Positions 61,418 to 64,000 of a stretch of 64,000 bases of DNA are shown here, one piece after another. Within the stretch, counting starts at the first letter, position 1. Each line of letters opens with the position of its first letter. This DNA comes from an uncultured Anaerolineales bacterium (GTDB lineage Bacteria > Chloroflexota > Anaerolineae > Epilineales > Epilineaceae): the NCBI GenBank assembly GCA_964651245.1, contig CAZYVI010000010.1:93182-157181 (forward strand), given 5' to 3'. Position numbers and translations under genes: made by a program. Below the pieces are notes generated by a model that worked only from the letters and a program-made list of their open reading frames with translations, was not told the DNA's origin and did no database searches.

Positions 61418-64000
61418 ATGATCCGCCTCCGCCGCCTCGTCGCCCGCGAGTTCCGCCAGCTCGTCGACGTCGAGCTGCGGTTCCCGCGCCGCGGCCGCAT
61501 CCTGGTCCAAGGGCGCAACGAGGCCGGCAAGAGCACGCTGTTCGAGGCGGTCTTCGTGGCCCTGTTCGGCAAGCCGCTCGACGGCAAGACGCTCGACGAG
61601 TGCGTCCAGTACGGCCGCGACCAGGCCTGGCTCGAGCTCGAGGTCGAGCTGCCCGGCGGCCGGGCGATGACCGTCGCGCGCCAGATCCGCGCCACGTCCG
61701 CCCGCAACCGCTACACGCTGACGATCACGAACGCCGACGGCAGCGACGAGACGCTCCAGGGCGTGGGGGTCAACGCCCGGATCGAGGCCGAGCTCGGCCT
61801 CGACGGCGAGGCGCTGCTCAACAGCTGCTTCGTCGAGCAGAAGAAGCTCGAGAAGCTCGAGGGCCTGGGGCTGCGGGAGCGCGAGCACAGCCTGATGAAG
61901 CTCCTCAACCTCGACCGGCTGGTGGCGCTGGCCGACGAGCTCAAGGTCACCCGCGCCGACCAAGCCGACCTCCAGCGCCTGCGCGATCGGCTGGCCCTGG
62001 CCGACGTCCAAGCCCAGCTGCCGGCCCTCGAGGCCCAGCACGCCGCCGCCGCCGCCGCCGTGGCGCGCGCCGAGGCCGCCGCCGCCGTCGCCGCCGCGCT
62101 GGCCGAACGCCGCGCCGTCGACGCCCTGGCCCAGGAGCGCGCCGCCGCCGCCGCCGAGGCCGCCGCGCTGGCCGAGCGCGCCGCCGCGGCCGAGGCGCTG
62201 CAGCGCGCCGCCGCCCGGCTGCGCGACCTGACCACCGCCCGCGACCGCGCCGTCGCGGCCGAGGCCGAGCGCCGCGCCGCCGACGAGGCGGCGGCCGTCG
62301 CCACCGCCGCCCAGGCGGCGCTGCCGGGCGTCGCCGCCCTCGGCGCCCGCCTCACCACCCTGGGGCGGCGGCGCGAGGCGCTCGACCGCCTGGGCGAGGA
62401 GCGGGCCACGACGGCGCGCTGGGTCGAGGCGGCGGACGCCCAGCTGGGGCGGCTGGCCGAGGCGCGCGACGCCCTGAACGACACCCGCCGCAGCCTGGTC
62501 GAGGCCCGTGCCGCCGAGCGCGACGCCACCGCCGACGCCGAGGCCGCCGCCCACGACGTCCGCGCGTTCGACGTGCGCGACGCCCTCGCCGCCTGGCTCG
62601 AGGCGGCCGGCGCCGCCGACCCGGCCGCGGCCCCCCGCGCCGCGATCGCCGCGGCGCGCGCCGAGCTGGCGGCGCGCGCCGGCCGCGCCCGCACCCGCGT
62701 CGGTGTGCCGGCGGCCCTGGGCGTGGCGCTGGCGCTGGCCGCGTTCGGGCTGAACCGCGCGCTCGGGGCGGACGGTGTTCTCGGCGCCCGGCTGGTCGGC
62801 GACGTCTGGGCGCCGCCGCCGCTGTGGCTGCAGCTCGCCGCCGCGCTCGGGACGCGCGCCGCGCTGGCGCTGGGGGCGCTCGCCTGCCTCGCGCTGGCCG
62901 CCCGCCGTTACGCGGCCGAGCGCGCCCGCCGCGCCGAGGTCGACCGCGCCATCGCCCGGCTCGAGGGCGAGGCGTCGGTGGCCGAACAACGGCGGGCGAT
63001 GCTGGCCGAACGACGCGCCGCGGCCGAGGCGCGGCTGCGCTTGCTCAACAGCGTCGTGCCCACCGAGGCGGTGCGCGCCGCCTCGGCCGTCGCCGAGCTC
63101 GGCGCGCGCCTCGGCGACCGGTCGCGCGCCGACGTGGCCGAGGCGCTCGAGGCGGCCCGCGAGGCCCGGGCGCGCGCCGCGGCGCGCATCGAGTCGCTGG
63201 CGCGACGCGAGGCCGAGCTGCGCGAGGCGGGCGGGCCGGTCGACGCCCAGGCGCTGGCCCAGGAGCGGGCCGCCAAGGCGGCGCGGGCCGAGCGCCTGGC
63301 GGCGTTCGGCGCCCGGGCGGCGGCCCACCTGGCGGCGCGCGCCGCCCGCCTCGATGTCGTCGCCGAGCGCGAGGCGATCGCCGAGGCGCTGGCGGCGATG
63401 CGCGGGCGCTGGGCGGCCCTCAAGGAGCAGGCCGATCGACTGCCGGCGCTGGGCGCGGCCCGCGACCGCTGGGCGGCCGAGGCCGCGGCGCGCTGGGACG
63501 AGGCCGCGGCGGCCCACGGCGCCGTCGTCGAGGCCATCGCGGGCCAGTCCGTGGCGTCGCCGTCGTGGTCGCGCGACCACGACGGCGAGGTCTGGGCGAC
63601 GCTGGCGGCGGCCGTCGCCGGCGCCTACGCCGCGGCCGGCGGCGACGCCGTGCGCGAGGCGCACCGCAGCGCGGCCGAGGCCGCCGCCGCCGTCGCGGCG
63701 CGCCACGACGACGCGCGCGCCCGCTGGCGGGTGACGGCCGCGGCGCTGGCGGCACGGCTGGCCGCGCTCGATGCGGCGGACGACGCGCTTCGGGCGGCCG
63801 GGGCCGCGCTGGAAGCCGGCGCCGGCGGCGACGGCGGCGACGGGACGGTGGCCGCGGCGCTGGCGGCGCTGCTGCCGAGGCTAGGTAGCAGCGAGGCGGC
63901 CGAGCGCGCGGTGCTCGTCGAGCGGCGCGACCGCCTGGTGCGCGACATCGACGTGGCGCGGCACGAGCAGGCGCGGCTGGCCACGGCCCTGGGCCTGCGG
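61418..64000 (+). CDS. SMC/SbcC/Rad50-like P-loop ATPase with Ala-rich coiled coils and an internal hydrophobic hairpin; 3' end lies outside the window
   Basis: Frame 2 is open from the ATG at 61418 to the window end; it is absent from the ORF track because it contains no stop. N-terminal Walker A QGRNEAGKSTLFEAV in an SbcC/AAA_23-like head, long Ala/Glu/Arg coiled coils, and two hydrophobic helices around 62690-62900. Confidence 0.55.
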   Translation, partial: MIRLRRLVAREFRQLVDVELRFPRRGRILVQGRNEAGKSTLFEAVFVALFGKPLDGKTLDECVQYGRDQAWLELEVELPGGRAMTVARQIRATSARNRYTLTITNADGSDETLQGVGVNARIEAELGLDGEALLNSCFVEQKKLEKLEGLGLREREHSLMKLLNLDRLVALADELKVTRADQADLQRLRDRLALADVQAQLPALEAQHAAAAAAVARAEAAAAVAAALAERRAVDALAQERAAAAAEAAALAERAAAAEALQRAAARLRDLTTARDRAVAAEAERRAADEAAAVATAAQAALPGVAALGARLTTLGRRREALDRLGEERATTARWVEAADAQLGRLAEARDALNDTRRSLVEARAAERDATADAEAAAHDVRAFDVRDALAAWLEAAGAADPAAAPRAAIAAARAELAARAGRARTRVGVPAALGVALALAAFGLNRALGADGVLGARLVGDVWAPPPLWLQLAAALGTRAALALGALACLALAARRYAAERARRAEVDRAIARLEGEASVAEQRRAMLAERRAAAEARLRLLNSVVPTEAVRAASAVAELGARLGDRSRADVAEALEAAREARARAAARIESLARREAELREAGGPVDAQALAQERAAKAARAERLAAFGARAAAHLAARAARLDVVAEREAIAEALAAMRGRWAALKEQADRLPALGAARDRWAAEAAARWDEAAAAHGAVVEAIAGQSVASPSWSRDHDGEVWATLAAAVAGAYAAAGGDAVREAHRSAAEAAAAVAARHDDARARWRVTAAALAARLAALDAADDALRAAGAALEAGAGGDGGDGTVAAALAALLPRLGSSEAAERAVLVERRDRLVRDIDVARHEQARLATALGLR

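Noticed and set aside
60958-63888. 976-aa plus-strand ORF and the 58949..63706 (-) 1585-aa ORF.
   Set aside because: Both are Arg-rich alternative frames. The real genes are the GT39-like protein ending at 61336 (-) and the SMC-like ATPase in plus frame 2 from 61418, which the ORF track omits because it has no stop within the window.

Overview
This is a very GC-rich bacterial chromosomal segment, roughly 73-76% GC by eye, and I call about 50 genes in it. The six-frame track is dominated by long overlapping Arg/Ala/Gly/Pro-rich ORFs on both strands, which are expected artefacts at this GC. I picked real genes by recognisable protein families, amino-acid composition, ribosome-binding sites or leaderless -10 boxes, and stop/start coupling. 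I cross-checked hand-derived coordinates against ORF-track frame arithmetic; exact start codons may be off by a few codons.

Gene content is mostly housekeeping and cell-envelope functions, plus a notable set of large signal-transduction ATPases and TPR regulators:
- Housekeeping: hisS (3' part), tryptophanase, rsmG, glyA, hbd, rpoD, asnB, metH, kup, rimK with its partner protease, an aldo/keto reductase, a SulP permease, modBC-like ABC genes and mobA.
- Envelope glycosylation: three PMT/GT39-like membrane glycosyltransferases, a YfhO-like protein, and a TagA/WecG-like glycosyltransferase next to a priming sugar-phosphate transferase.
- Secreted or lipoproteins: an FG-GAP/ASPIC protein, a BNR-repeat protein, a dockerin-repeat protein ending in a CxxCH cytochrome-c domain, and a small CarbopepD-like protein.
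- Regulators: a LuxR-tailed NB-ARC/TPR (STAND) regulator, a SARP regulator, two small XRE regulators, and a BrnT-like toxin/antitoxin pair.

The most unusual locus is at 35378-39218. Two small membrane proteins and a ~950-aa class III nucleotidyl cyclase fused to NB-ARC and TPR domains are encoded back to back with overlapping stops and starts; the cyclase has no canonical start codon.

Other features worth a look are a ~470-bp nested inverted-repeat (MITE-like) element, recurrent leaderless TATACT-N6/7-start gene architecture, an MFS transporter interrupted at a G5 tract, a CCAAN/TTGG motif array, an AT-rich island, and Ser/Thr/Pro-rich linkers encoded by hexanucleotide tandem repeats next to the O-mannosyltransferase-like genes.

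I found no rRNA, tRNA, CRISPR array, integrase or transposase. I ran no database searches; family assignments rest on recalled motifs.
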